DNA of 64,000 nt, taken from Thermoplasmatales archaeon (GTDB taxonomy: Archaea; Thermoplasmatota; Thermoplasmata; Thermoplasmatales; Thermoplasmataceae). Location of the stretch: the NCBI GenBank assembly GCA_026127925.1, contig JAJSLM010000006.1, positions 22,302 through 86,301 of the forward strand, in the 5' to 3' direction. The translations under genes and the position numbers were made by a program. Positions 50,383 through 60,144 of this stretch are shown one piece after another (position 1 is the stretch's first letter; the number at the start of each line of letters is the position of its first letter). The notes beneath the pieces are model-generated. The model was not told where the DNA came from, made no database searches, and saw only the letters and a list, made by a program, of their open reading frames with translations.

Positions 50383-53106
50383 TCATATTACCGATGATAC
50401 CATTGAGTTTCCATTCTGCTTCACAACCTCGAATACGTTATCTGCAGCCGTGTAAAGATCGGTGTGATGTGTAACTATGATCATCTGTGGAACAGGAGTA
50501 TCCTCGCTGCTAAACGTGTACTGTATTATATCCTTCAAGTTGCTCCTTCGATCCTGATCCAGGTAAGTGGTTGGTTCATCCATGATCATTGTTTTTATGT
50601 TTTCCATAACGTATTTTGCAAGTGCTAGTCTCAGGGCAATCGAGAGTGCTGTTTTTTCTCCGCCACTCAGCATATCTACGCTTTCTGTCTGGCCATTCTG
50701 GGATATCTCTATGTTCATGTCCTCGCTGACTTTAACGTCATCAAAATTAAGATTGAAAGAATCTGCGTAATCCATTACTTTTAAGGTTAGAAATTCCGCA
50801 GAATCCTTCCTTATTGCTTTCTGTATGCCGTCACGATCAAAGCACTGCCTGAGTTTTTCCATCTCTGTAATTGCATCGGCCAATCTCTCAAGTTTTTCCT
50901 GTTTAATTTTCAGATCAGATATTTTCACATCAAGTTCTTCGATCTGTTTTTCATAAACCTCTTTTCTTGTCTCTAATTTTGAAATATTTCCTAAGGCATC
51001 CTCATGGTTTTTTTGTGAATCTACTAACATCTTGTCCGTGTTCTTGAACTCGGTTTGGATACTGGGGTAAGATGCGACCGACTTATAAAGTTCCTCGATC
51101 TCCTTGTTCAGATCTGATAATGACGCACTATCTGCTTCTACCCGAGCTCTCACGGATGTAACGTCTGTCTTTATGCCCTGGATCTTTTTATCAAGTCCCT
51201 CCATTTTTTGAATTGTTTCTAACGTAAAACGACCCGGGATAAAACCCAGCTCCAGCTCTATTGTCATGAGATCCTTTTCAATCTCCTCAATGTTTGATAC
51301 TAAGGCACCAGTTTCTTCCTGGATTTTTCCTATATCCATATGAGATAGGCTAATCTTCAGGGATTCATATTTCTGGTAGCTCATTTCCAAATTTTTGAGC
51401 TCTTCTTTCTTCAGATCCTTCTGTTTCTGCTTTTCTGTATAACTCAAATATTCGAATTCAAGTTTCTTGGTATCGTCATTTAATTTCTCGTATTTTTCTC
51501 TGTGAGACTTCAGGTTCTCTGTATCTCTGTAAAAATCGTTAATCTTCCTGCTGTTGAGGAAATCGTTAATTTTGTTAAGTTCTTTCAGTTCATTATTAAT
51601 TTTTTTTACCAGATTATTGTTATCCCCGATCTCGCCATCTATTTTAGAGATTTCATTATTATAGCCTTCCAGGATCACAGCCCTATGTTCGTCGGTTATT
51701 GGTTGCTGGCATAGGGGGCATGTAGTGATGCCTGATATTGTCCCGATTTTCTCTTTAATTATTTTTACCTGATCTTCAAGGCCTCTTATTTCGGAATCTA
51801 GGACCGATTTTTGTTTCTGGTTCTCCTGGAAAAGCTCTCTCTTCTGATTTACTATATCCTCAAGCTTTTCACGGCTATCTATCTCTACACCCAGTACTGC
51901 CTGAATCTCAACTTTCTCGCTAGAAATCCGTTTTTCTATCTTATCTATCTCTTCTTTCTCACTCGATGCGAGTTCCAGTTTCCTCCTGTAATTTTCATAC
52001 GCATCTTTCAGTTCGTCCAATTCCGCTTCAATGGAATCCATCTCTTTTTTGAGAATCAGGTATCTTTCATGCGGTTTTTCGAGTTGTTGAAGTTCGGACT
52101 TCATTTCATTGTATGAGTTAATCTGCTCTTCATTTTTCTTCAGGCGTTCCCTTTTGTCGCTGATCTTATCCTTCTTGCTTAAGTATTCATTTACTCTATC
52201 TTTCTTCTGCAGAAGGGCGCGATCGATGTTCTTCTCGAGGCTATCAGCTCTGGAAGAGAATTCCTCTGTTTTCTGTAAATCTTCCTTGATTCTTTTCTCG
52301 AGCTCTAATCTTTTGTTCTTTTTCTGCTCCAGGGTGTCTGAATCCGCTTTAATTTTATTCAGCTTGCCGAGAAGTCCGTCCCTTTTCTCTTTTGTAATAT
52401 CGAGCTGCGCCTTAATATCTGACGCCTTTTGTGTCGCGGTGGCCAGTTCGGCTAAAGTGTCCTGTACGGACTGATCGATATCGTTCCTTTGATCCTTGGT
52501 TAATTTCAACTCATCCGGTATTCCAAGGAGCAAACTCCTTTTCAAGTCAAGGTCCTTCTTTAGCGTTTTAAGTTCGTCTGCATATTCTGTGAGTACGTCA
52601 AGACCAACAATTTTTCCGAATATCTTTTCGCGCTCAGATTTCGCACTTGACACCAGAGCGTCTATTTCTCCCTGTTCAACAAATACTGAATTAAGGAATA
52701 CTTCTTTATTTATTCCCACGTAATTAGGATCTTCTATGGCTTTGTCTACACCGGAAACATGCCGTGCGATCTCTATTCCGTCCCGAACAAGAACGGCGTC
52801 CCTATCCTTAACATTGCCGTTTTTTCCTATGCTCATCTGCCTTGTTATGAGATAATTGTGATTTCCTATAGTAAAATCCAGAGAGACAGAACAGTCTGTT
52901 TTTCCCCTCTTTACAAGATCCTCTATTTTAGATCCCCGACGTTCGCCAAGGAAAGCGAATTTCATTCCGTCTATTATGCTGCTCTTCCCGGCTCCATTCT
53001 TTCCTATGATTATGTTTACGCCTTTCTCCAGAGATATTTCGGTGTCGTTGTGGGACAGGAAATTATGCAGCTTCAGCCTATTGATTATCATCGTCCTCCA
53101 CTCCAA
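50383..53106 (-). CDS. rad50: DNA double-strand break repair ATPase Rad50
   Basis: Walker A GKNGAGKSS, long coiled coil with CPLCQQPI zinc hook, C-terminal signature/D-loop. Confidence 0.9.
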   Translation of the reverse strand: MEWRTMIINRLKLHNFLSHNDTEISLEKGVNIIIGKNGAGKSSIIDGMKFAFLGERRGSKIEDLVKRGKTDCSVSLDFTIGNHNYLITRQMSIGKNGNVKDRDAVLVRDGIEIARHVSGVDKAIEDPNYVGINKEVFLNSVFVEQGEIDALVSSAKSEREKIFGKIVGLDVLTEYADELKTLKKDLDLKRSLLLGIPDELKLTKDQRNDIDQSVQDTLAELATATQKASDIKAQLDITKEKRDGLLGKLNKIKADSDTLEQKKNKRLELEKRIKEDLQKTEEFSSRADSLEKNIDRALLQKKDRVNEYLSKKDKISDKRERLKKNEEQINSYNEMKSELQQLEKPHERYLILKKEMDSIEAELDELKDAYENYRRKLELASSEKEEIDKIEKRISSEKVEIQAVLGVEIDSREKLEDIVNQKRELFQENQKQKSVLDSEIRGLEDQVKIIKEKIGTISGITTCPLCQQPITDEHRAVILEGYNNEISKIDGEIGDNNNLVKKINNELKELNKINDFLNSRKINDFYRDTENLKSHREKYEKLNDDTKKLEFEYLSYTEKQKQKDLKKEELKNLEMSYQKYESLKISLSHMDIGKIQEETGALVSNIEEIEKDLMTIELELGFIPGRFTLETIQKMEGLDKKIQGIKTDVTSVRARVEADSASLSDLNKEIEELYKSVASYPSIQTEFKNTDKMLVDSQKNHEDALGNISKLETRKEVYEKQIEELDVKISDLKIKQEKLERLADAITEMEKLRQCFDRDGIQKAIRKDSAEFLTLKVMDYADSFNLNFDDVKVSEDMNIEISQNGQTESVDMLSGGEKTALSIALRLALAKYVMENIKTMIMDEPTTYLDQDRRSNLKDIIQYTFSSEDTPVPQMIIVTHHTDLYTAADNVFEVVKQNGNSMVSSVI

Positions 53107-54295
53107 GGGTTCTCTTGAGCCATTTTATTCCATCTTCCTTGGTATTTGCATCCCTTCCGCCCATGTTTGCATAGAAATCCACTGCAAGTTTCGCAGTTTC
53201 AGGACTGTCTGAAAAATAGGAGTTGATGTAATCGCTTATCTTTTCCATGCCAGGTTTTATCTCAACTGTACGCTCTATGCTGTGAAATTCTGGATTCCTG
53301 AAAATTATGTTATCGTAGGTTGCGAGTTTCTCCTTGACTGATTCCCTGCTTCCCTCTCCTGTTATCCTCACCGAGACTACAGGTTTCTTTGTTTCAAAGT
53401 TCATCGAATATTTGTTGATCATGGTATCAATGTCACTGGCATAATTGGAGAAATCAGAATCTATCCTGTACTGGAATCTCACGCTCTTCAGGATCCTTCT
53501 CTCAACCTTTACGTTTCCATCGTCCATCGTCACTATATTTATGGATTTCCCGTTCTTGAGGAAGCCAGAGATCTCGTTTGTGGATTTCATCTCTGTCGAT
53601 CCAGCATATGAAAAAACGGGGTAGGTGCTGTCCCTTAATGCCCAGTCGTGAACGTGGCCAAAGGCGAGGTAGCTGAAGTGCTGCGGCAGTTCCTCGTACC
53701 TGGCCTCACAGGCCTCATCATAAAGAAAGCCCTCTATAGCCTGGTGTGACATCAGAATTGAGTTCTTATAACCTAAAGCCAGTTTGTCGGCCTGCTGATA
53801 AGCCTCGAGTAGTTCAGGTTTTCTCATACCCTTGAGGTTAGATATGCCGGCAATCAGGACTTGTTCATCGTTGATCTCTACAACGTGGTGCTCCAGGCTA
53901 TCCATTCCCAGAAGCTTGATTCCAGCGAAGTCAAATATGCGCGCAGCTGGATAATCCTTTCTCTTCGGGCGGTCGTGGTCACCGAGGATCAGGAAAAAAG
54001 GGATCTTGCGTTCCATGATCGGAAGTATACTGTCTTTGAACTCAGTAAGCGCCCTGTTGCTAGGGCTCCAGGTATCAAAAAGATCCCCCGTATGAATGAT
54101 GAAATCAACATTTTCACGAAGAGCTATATCCATTGCTTCACGGAAAGCATCGTAGAAGTCCTGTTCCCTCTCATCGATCATGTACTGCCTGCTTCCAAGG
54201 TGCGTATCAGAAACATGCATGAACTTGAGCATCCTAATCACCAAGTATTCTTGAGACGCGCTTGAGGTCTTCCTGTGCAGATTTCTTCTTTTCAC
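53078..54295 (-). CDS. mre11: DNA double-strand break repair nuclease Mre11
   Basis: Calcineurin-like phosphoesterase motifs MHVSDTHLG, GDLFD, GDHD; the true start is probably near 54232. Confidence 0.9.
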   Translation of the reverse strand: MKRRNLHRKTSSASQEYLVIRMLKFMHVSDTHLGSRQYMIDEREQDFYDAFREAMDIALRENVDFIIHTGDLFDTWSPSNRALTEFKDSILPIMERKIPFFLILGDHDRPKRKDYPAARIFDFAGIKLLGMDSLEHHVVEINDEQVLIAGISNLKGMRKPELLEAYQQADKLALGYKNSILMSHQAIEGFLYDEACEARYEELPQHFSYLAFGHVHDWALRDSTYPVFSYAGSTEMKSTNEISGFLKNGKSINIVTMDDGNVKVERRILKSVRFQYRIDSDFSNYASDIDTMINKYSMNFETKKPVVSVRITGEGSRESVKEKLATYDNIIFRNPEFHSIERTVEIKPGMEKISDYINSYFSDSPETAKLAVDFYANMGGRDANTKEDGIKWLKRTLGVEDDDNQ

Positions 54296-55787
54296 GCTCT
54301 TCCAGGGCTTCTTTAAGGAGTGGAACGAGGTTCACATCGCCTCCACCTTCCATGCTCTCCCTCTGCCTTATCCTCACGTTCACAGGCATCTTAACAAACT
54401 GTCCAACTAATATCGCTTCACCTATATTCAGTGATGGCAGATCCTGCAGAATCGATTCGCTTATGCTCTCACCGCTCTCTATTATTGCATTTTGATCCAG
54501 AGGGTTTGTTACTCTTAGTATTATTTCGGAATTGCACTGGCTGAGGATATCCTGATCAATCTTTCCGGGTCTCTGCGTTATTATCACAAGAAACAGACCG
54601 AATTTCCTGCCCTCCGATGCGATTTTTCTAATGATCTGTGCTATCTCCGTCTGAGACTTTGGAGGTATGAAATTATGTGCCTCCTCTATGAAGACGAATA
54701 TAGGGTATTTGTACTGGCCTGACATTTTCGCTTCCATCATGGCTGTAAGTACCCTGAGGGAGAAGTAGTTCGCCAGGAACTGGTCGAGGCCAGAGAGATC
54801 GAGAACGGACATAAGTCCGGGTGAAAGATAATCGGTCATGTCGGTCGTTCTTTCTGAAAATATGGATTTTACCTTGGACAGAAATCTCAGTCTTCCAGCC
54901 AGCTTCTTATAATCCTCTGGATCAAGGTTTTCCACCGTGTTCATGAACTCCTGGAAATCCTTCCTACCATGCATTTTTGAAAGTGCGTTCTCAACTGCTT
55001 TTCTCAGTGAGACCCATGATTCCTTTATGCCCATGATCTGGGACAGATCATCTGCGTCAAGATCCGAGAATTTCAGGGTGAACTGATCCACAACACCGTT
55101 CTGGATCGTGTCGTACCTCCCGGTGCTAAGAGGAGTTCTGAATACCTTTATATCGTTCTGGTAGTGTTTCCCAGAGCGGTCCCTCCTCATTAGGACATAA
55201 TCTGCATGTGGATCTAGAACGACTATAGATGCACCCTTCTTGAGAAGTTCCTCCATGATCACGCCTGCTGTGTGGCTCTTTCCTGCCCCGGTCTGTGCAA
55301 TTATTGCGACGTGCCTTCTCATACCGTTTATATTCACCGATACTCTGACATCCGGCCTGTCAGCAAGATAGCCGATATCCAGGGCTTCTTCATCCGATGT
55401 TCGGAATACCCTCTCAAGCAGATCGGAGGGAGCACGGTAGACAGGCGTTCCGGGCTTTACGAGTTCCCTAGAGAGTTCTATATTGTCTCCATCCACTAGT
55501 CCTAAAGTTTTCGCAATACACACGCTTGTTGAGTACTCAAGGTGTGTGGAAACATACTTCGAAACACTTTCGTAGTCAAGTCCTTCATTCAGCAGGTCGC
55601 TCTTCGACTGTATCCCCTCGATCCTTCCCAGGATCTTGCGGTCCTTAAGGTCGATGTATACGTATTCCCATTTTCTCACGTTCAAGTCCTCTGGAATCAC
55701 GAACCTGAAGGAGTCCGAAGTGTTAATGCCAACGACGTAGCCCAGCTTATATTCTGATTCTTGCACGTCTCTCCCCCCTGGTTTCAT
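54234..55787 (-). CDS. herA: HerA-type FtsK/HerA-family DNA helicase
   Basis: Walker A QTGAGKSHT, HAS-barrel N-terminus. Confidence 0.85.
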   Translation of the reverse strand: MKPGGRDVQESEYKLGYVVGINTSDSFRFVIPEDLNVRKWEYVYIDLKDRKILGRIEGIQSKSDLLNEGLDYESVSKYVSTHLEYSTSVCIAKTLGLVDGDNIELSRELVKPGTPVYRAPSDLLERVFRTSDEEALDIGYLADRPDVRVSVNINGMRRHVAIIAQTGAGKSHTAGVIMEELLKKGASIVVLDPHADYVLMRRDRSGKHYQNDIKVFRTPLSTGRYDTIQNGVVDQFTLKFSDLDADDLSQIMGIKESWVSLRKAVENALSKMHGRKDFQEFMNTVENLDPEDYKKLAGRLRFLSKVKSIFSERTTDMTDYLSPGLMSVLDLSGLDQFLANYFSLRVLTAMMEAKMSGQYKYPIFVFIEEAHNFIPPKSQTEIAQIIRKIASEGRKFGLFLVIITQRPGKIDQDILSQCNSEIILRVTNPLDQNAIIESGESISESILQDLPSLNIGEAILVGQFVKMPVNVRIRQRESMEGGGDVNLVPLLKEALEEREKKKSAQEDLKRVSRILGD

Positions 55788-56802
55788 AGAGGCTTATGCC
55801 TATCTCCTTTTCAAATGCACGCATAAAAACATTCTCCGTTTCTTCGCTCCTGAATTTTACTAGATCATCGACCCTTGAGAGCCAGATATTGTGTACCTTA
55901 AGCCCGCCATATCCCCAGAATAGCAGGCTGCGTATATCCTCCCTTAGATCTTCATTTCCGTCGTTTTTTGATGCAACGATCTCCACCTTAAATGGTAAAT
56001 CCCTTGTATCCGGCAGTATGTGTGTCGTAATTATAGGGATCTCCATCTGTCGATCGCCAGTGGCAAGCTTCATAGTGTGGGATACTGGAAATGAATATCC
56101 GGGATAAGTGGCCATGGACTTTATTATGAAATGGTCAGTGCTGCGGCTCTTCCTCTCAAGATCGATTTTTTTACCTTCCGCCTGCACCTGGGACAGAAGG
56201 AAATTCCTGAATATGGAACTGTCAGAACTCTTTGCTATAAATATCAGGGGTATATTTTTTCTAACAGCAAGATCGACCATCGTTAAGAGCGACGTGAAAT
56301 ATTCATTCCTAAACTCCTTAAAATCATCAGCATCTATGGCAATCTCTTCCGAAAATATTCTTCCGCTTAATGAACCATCCACCAAAATATAATCCGGACT
56401 CTCGTTTTCAAGCATTTTCAGTATGCTCAGGTGTTCGGAGTGCTCCATGCTCATTATGGTGTATCTCTGCACATCCTCACGGGCGACAACCTGCAACTTT
56501 GTCAGAAAACTTTCGTAGTTTTTGTTCTGGATGCTTGTAAGGGAGCGGAAAAGCATCAGTTTTTTTCCATTGTATAACTCTCTTATGATTTCAGAGCTAT
56601 CCGTTGCTGAGATCATGCCATGTGGTTCGGAATAATTTGGCATAGGGAAGAAATACTTGTCGAAGATCTCGGAATACAGTGATCTTCTCCAGGAATCTTT
56701 TGGTATCATCAGGTCGCCTTTGATCTGCTCCCTGTTCTTTCGTAAAAATTCAACATAATCGTAGAATCCTGTACTCATTTCTGCAATGATTATGAACACC
56801 AC
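55747..56802 (-). CDS. nurA: NurA 5'-3' nuclease
   Basis: Position immediately upstream of and overlapping herA; size and general NurA-like pattern. Confidence 0.6.
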   Translation of the reverse strand: MVFIIIAEMSTGFYDYVEFLRKNREQIKGDLMIPKDSWRRSLYSEIFDKYFFPMPNYSEPHGMISATDSSEIIRELYNGKKLMLFRSLTSIQNKNYESFLTKLQVVAREDVQRYTIMSMEHSEHLSILKMLENESPDYILVDGSLSGRIFSEEIAIDADDFKEFRNEYFTSLLTMVDLAVRKNIPLIFIAKSSDSSIFRNFLLSQVQAEGKKIDLERKSRSTDHFIIKSMATYPGYSFPVSHTMKLATGDRQMEIPIITTHILPDTRDLPFKVEIVASKNDGNEDLREDIRSLLFWGYGGLKVHNIWLSRVDDLVKFRSEETENVFMRAFEKEIGISLYETRGERRARIRI

Positions 56803-56842
56803 GGTTATAAAGTGTTCTCTGCATACTCAGCACAAGGCGAGC

Positions 56843-57928
56843 TCAAGGAAGTGCGCTAATAGGGATTATAGTGAATGTTACTGCAAACATTAGAAGCGCT
56901 ATAACACCAAGGGCAATGTCTCTGGACTTTATGTTTGAGTAATCGTCAAGCGCCGGAGGATGTGTGAGTCCCATCAGTACTACCAGAATCGCGATGATCC
57001 ACCACCCCGTATAATAAAACCCCGCAATAAATAGAAAACCAACAAATATGTAATCTACGTAATTCGCCTTCTTTCCCAACAAGCCTCTTATAACGTGGCC
57101 ACCATCAAGCTGGCCTGCAGGTATGAGGTTCATGGCGGTAGCAAACATTCCTACCCACACCGCAAGTACCATTGGAAACACAGGCCTTGTCGATATGTAA
57201 TGAAGATGGAAAAGGGAATAGATCAACGGGTAATTTATCACAAATGGATATGGAGACGGAATTCCTGGAATTGGAGCGTAGATATGGGAGAAGTAGTTAG
57301 CAACGAACAGCAGTGGAAGAGCTGTGACAAAGCCAAATATGGGGCCTGCTATTCCTATCTCAGTCATCACCTTTCTGTTAGGCATTGGATCTCTCAGCGA
57401 AATGAAAGCGCCAAAGGTTCCGATTTCATATGGTATGGGTATAAAAAAAGGGAGAGAAGCTCTCACCTTATGGAGTCTCGCTACGATAAAATGTCCGGTT
57501 TCATGTATGCCAAGAATCGCCATAATGGGGAGGGAGAAAAATACGAAACCGTAGAATATCCTTGACTGTAAACCTCTGAAAAATGGTTCGGCCCACAGAG
57601 TGCCGACATAAATGGTAGATGCAAGTGTTGCTATAAGCAATATGATGTTTATAATCACGCCACGAAAGTGAGTTTCAGGCCTTCTTGTAACTTCTAGGAA
57701 GTGCTCCTGACTCTCGTTCAGGAAAGGTACGTAATTCTTTGGAACAAGCTCCTTCCTTATCTCGTCAAAAGCTTCGGTAAGATCAAGATTGTCGCTATTG
57801 AAATAATAAAACTTTATTGAAATCGGGTCAACTACCACATCATATGTAACAAGTTTTGATTTCACAAAATCTACAACATACTCAAGATCATCGCTTTGCA
57901 CCTTAATTTGACTTGTTCCTGCTTCCAT
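56843..57928 (-). CDS. Site-2 protease (M50 family) membrane metalloprotease
   Basis: HETGHF HExxH motif within a polytopic membrane protein. Confidence 0.75.
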   Translation of the reverse strand: MEAGTSQIKVQSDDLEYVVDFVKSKLVTYDVVVDPISIKFYYFNSDNLDLTEAFDEIRKELVPKNYVPFLNESQEHFLEVTRRPETHFRGVIINIILLIATLASTIYVGTLWAEPFFRGLQSRIFYGFVFFSLPIMAILGIHETGHFIVARLHKVRASLPFFIPIPYEIGTFGAFISLRDPMPNRKVMTEIGIAGPIFGFVTALPLLFVANYFSHIYAPIPGIPSPYPFVINYPLIYSLFHLHYISTRPVFPMVLAVWVGMFATAMNLIPAGQLDGGHVIRGLLGKKANYVDYIFVGFLFIAGFYYTGWWIIAILVVLMGLTHPPALDDYSNIKSRDIALGVIALLMFAVTFTIIPISALP

Positions 57929-58258
57929 CAGACACCTTTAATGATTTAATTTTCCCCAGTTTAACGAGAGCTAATCACGTTTCATAGTTCTACTGACCCC
58001 TGGGGAATTTTTCGCCCACCGCTGATCGAGTGATCACTGCCTGGATTTCGGCCAGCTGCTGAACTCGAGGCCCATGGTTGGGCGAATTTTATTCCCATGT
58101 CGTCATATGTGATCATGAATCACACATACTATTTTATGGGACAAATACCAGAGCGTAATCGCATAATAATAATTTACCCCAGTCAATCAAGTATATCTAT
58201 TAACGATAACGAAGAAAAATTATAATGATAATAACTATGTCGTCTGGTTGAAAAGGGG

Positions 58259-58331
58259 CTTGTGGTCTAGCGGTTATGACATCGCTCTCACACAGCGAAG
58301 GTCGCCGGTTCAAATCCGGCCAAGCCCATTC
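58259..58331 (+). tRNA. tRNA-Val (anticodon CAC), no encoded CCA
   Basis: Manual fold: acceptor GGGCTTG/CAAGCCC plus discriminator A, anticodon stem TCGCT/AGCGA with loop CTCACAC, T-arm GCCGG-TTCAAAT-CCGGC. Confidence 0.85.
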
Positions 58332-58550
58332 TATATACGGTTTAGTTTTTTACAATATTACCTAAAATACTAGACCTGCAATCAACTAAATGGTACATGT
58401 ATCAAGGAGTATTTTCAGGTTTGCTTATATACTCACGGTTTACATTTTGAAATATAATAATGGTCGAATACAAGGACACAGAACATTAAACATCACCAGT
58501 ATCTTTTGTTTCATCGTGTGTCCTTTAATAGCCTATTAGGTTATTGAATA

Positions 58551-58961
58551 CTAACTTCTAAAATTAGGGAACTTACCCCTGTGATGCAGTTCAAATTGTT
58601 TCTTTGGAGGTTCAGTTTTTTGGTTGGTGTTATATTTAGGTTTATTCTCATAAATTAACTGCTTCTCTATTTTGAATGCAACGTCCTTTGGCACCTCTGT
58701 TATGTAAACTGACTTTCCTGTCCCTTCCATACATGCATCTAAAACTGTCCAGTCATGGTAATAACGGGCTCTTATACCTCCTGCCCACAATTTTCCATCC
58801 TTCTCTCTTTGTTTTTGAGTGGTGGCACCGATGTAAAGCGGTACATTATTTGAATCCGCAACCACATATACGCAAGGGAATTCATATTTCCCTTCATCAT
58901 TTTCTATTATTTCCTTCCAACTGGAAAACCTCAACCACTTCAATTCTATCCGAGCTGCCAC
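58551..58961 (-). CDS. GIY-YIG nuclease-domain protein
   Basis: CVYVVADSNNVPLYIGATT (GIY-x10-YIG), then conserved R (GGIRARYYH) and E/N (IYENKPKYN). Confidence 0.55.
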   Translation of the reverse strand: MAARIELKWLRFSSWKEIIENDEGKYEFPCVYVVADSNNVPLYIGATTQKQREKDGKLWAGGIRARYYHDWTVLDACMEGTGKSVYITEVPKDVAFKIEKQLIYENKPKYNTNQKTEPPKKQFELHHRGKFPNFRS

Positions 58962-59130
58962 TGACTGTTCAATATTCTTGAGACATATAAATCCTTCCTC
59001 TTAAAATAGGACCAAAATCTAATAGCCATTAACATAAGCGTTCTCGGATATATTCCTATCATTAAAAATAAGCAGACACATCGGTTGCGTCAATAACCAA
59101 TGAATAAATAGGTTCATAAGATTCATTTGC

Positions 59131-59652
59131 ATGGAAGCTTCAGAGAAAGTAGTAGAAAGTTATTTCAGATATGTGAAAGGATACTTCACAATTCCCAATC
59201 TAAGATGTAGGGGTCAAAAAGAAGTTGACCTAATAGGAATGAAGGAAAGTGATGGAAAAATTCAAAGAATTCATGTAGAAGTGAGCGTAACAACATCCGG
59301 TGAATTCAATAAAATAAACGCTAAGCCTTATTCTGAAGCTAAGAAAAAAACTAGAGGTGGATCTGCATCGGAGAGAGTTAAGATAGGTTACTTCACCGAT
59401 AGCAAATTTAACGATTCAAATGTGTTGTCGACGCTAAAAGGTTATGGATTTTCAAAAGATAATTACGAAAAGATAATTGTATCATGGGACTGGGAACCGG
59501 CAGTAGAACCCATTTCTAAAAAAAAGGAGATCAAGCTCCTAAGATTTAAGGATATACTGAAAGAGATGATGGATGTATTTGGAAAGAAGGAATCCTATTT
59601 CTCAGATGATACGGTCAGATTGCTGCAACTTCTAAAAAAAAGCAGGGTTTAA
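59131..59652 (+). CDS. Hypothetical protein, possible Hjc/PD-(D/E)xK-like nuclease fold
   Basis: KEVDLIGMKESDGKIQRIHVEVSV resembles the Hjc xDLIA...IEVK core, but the lysine is replaced by serine. Confidence 0.3.
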   Translation: MEASEKVVESYFRYVKGYFTIPNLRCRGQKEVDLIGMKESDGKIQRIHVEVSVTTSGEFNKINAKPYSEAKKKTRGGSASERVKIGYFTDSKFNDSNVLSTLKGYGFSKDNYEKIIVSWDWEPAVEPISKKKEIKLLRFKDILKEMMDVFGKKESYFSDDTVRLLQLLKKSRV

Positions 59653-59724
59653 TTGAAAGACCTTTGTGAAATTTAGCTTCTTCTTATATGATATGAGCAG
59701 GATTAATATTACTTCAAAAGAAGG

Positions 59725-59886
59725 TCACTCAATCTTCCTAACCACAATCTCCCCTTTAATTTCATAAAATCCTATATGTTCCGATTCTGAAACATTCAAC
59801 TTCTCTGCTATCTCTTTTGGTAAAGTGATCCTCAATGATGAGCCCCTGGAAGATGTCTTCGATACTGCGATTAGTTTATCTGACAT
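59725..59886 (-). CDS. Small AbrB/MazE/SpoVT-type (swapped-hairpin) DNA-binding protein, 53 aa; not in the ORF track
   Basis: Manual translation: MSDKLIAVSKTSSRGSSLRITLPKEIAEKLNVSESEHIGFYEIKGEIVVRKIE; the RGSSLRITLPKEIAEKL pattern is typical of AbrB-like antitoxins/regulators. Confidence 0.5.
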   Translation of the reverse strand: MSDKLIAVSKTSSRGSSLRITLPKEIAEKLNVSESEHIGFYEIKGEIVVRKIE

Positions 59887-60144
59887 TGGGAGGGTAATAA
59901 ATTAAACTTTTCATTAAAATTTTTCCAGTAAAAAGTAGTTTCTACACTTACCTATTTAGAGATGGATGAAGAGGTTCCATTTTCTTAGGTTCCTCTATTT
60001 CCAAGATTGTCTTAAGGAAAGACCAATTTAGTTCAAAAATAGGCGCGGCAGACCATGAACATAGAAATTATCATGAAGGTTGACGCTTTATTGACAAAAT
60101 TTATGTTCAGATACCGGACATGTTCATGGAAGGTTACCTTAATC

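Noticed and set aside
51502-52723. Plus-strand ORFs antisense to the rad50 coiled-coil region (F/L/S-rich low-complexity translations)
   Set aside because: They are artefacts of the GA/AG-rich coiled-coil coding sequence on the opposite strand; they have low complexity and no starts with sensible context.
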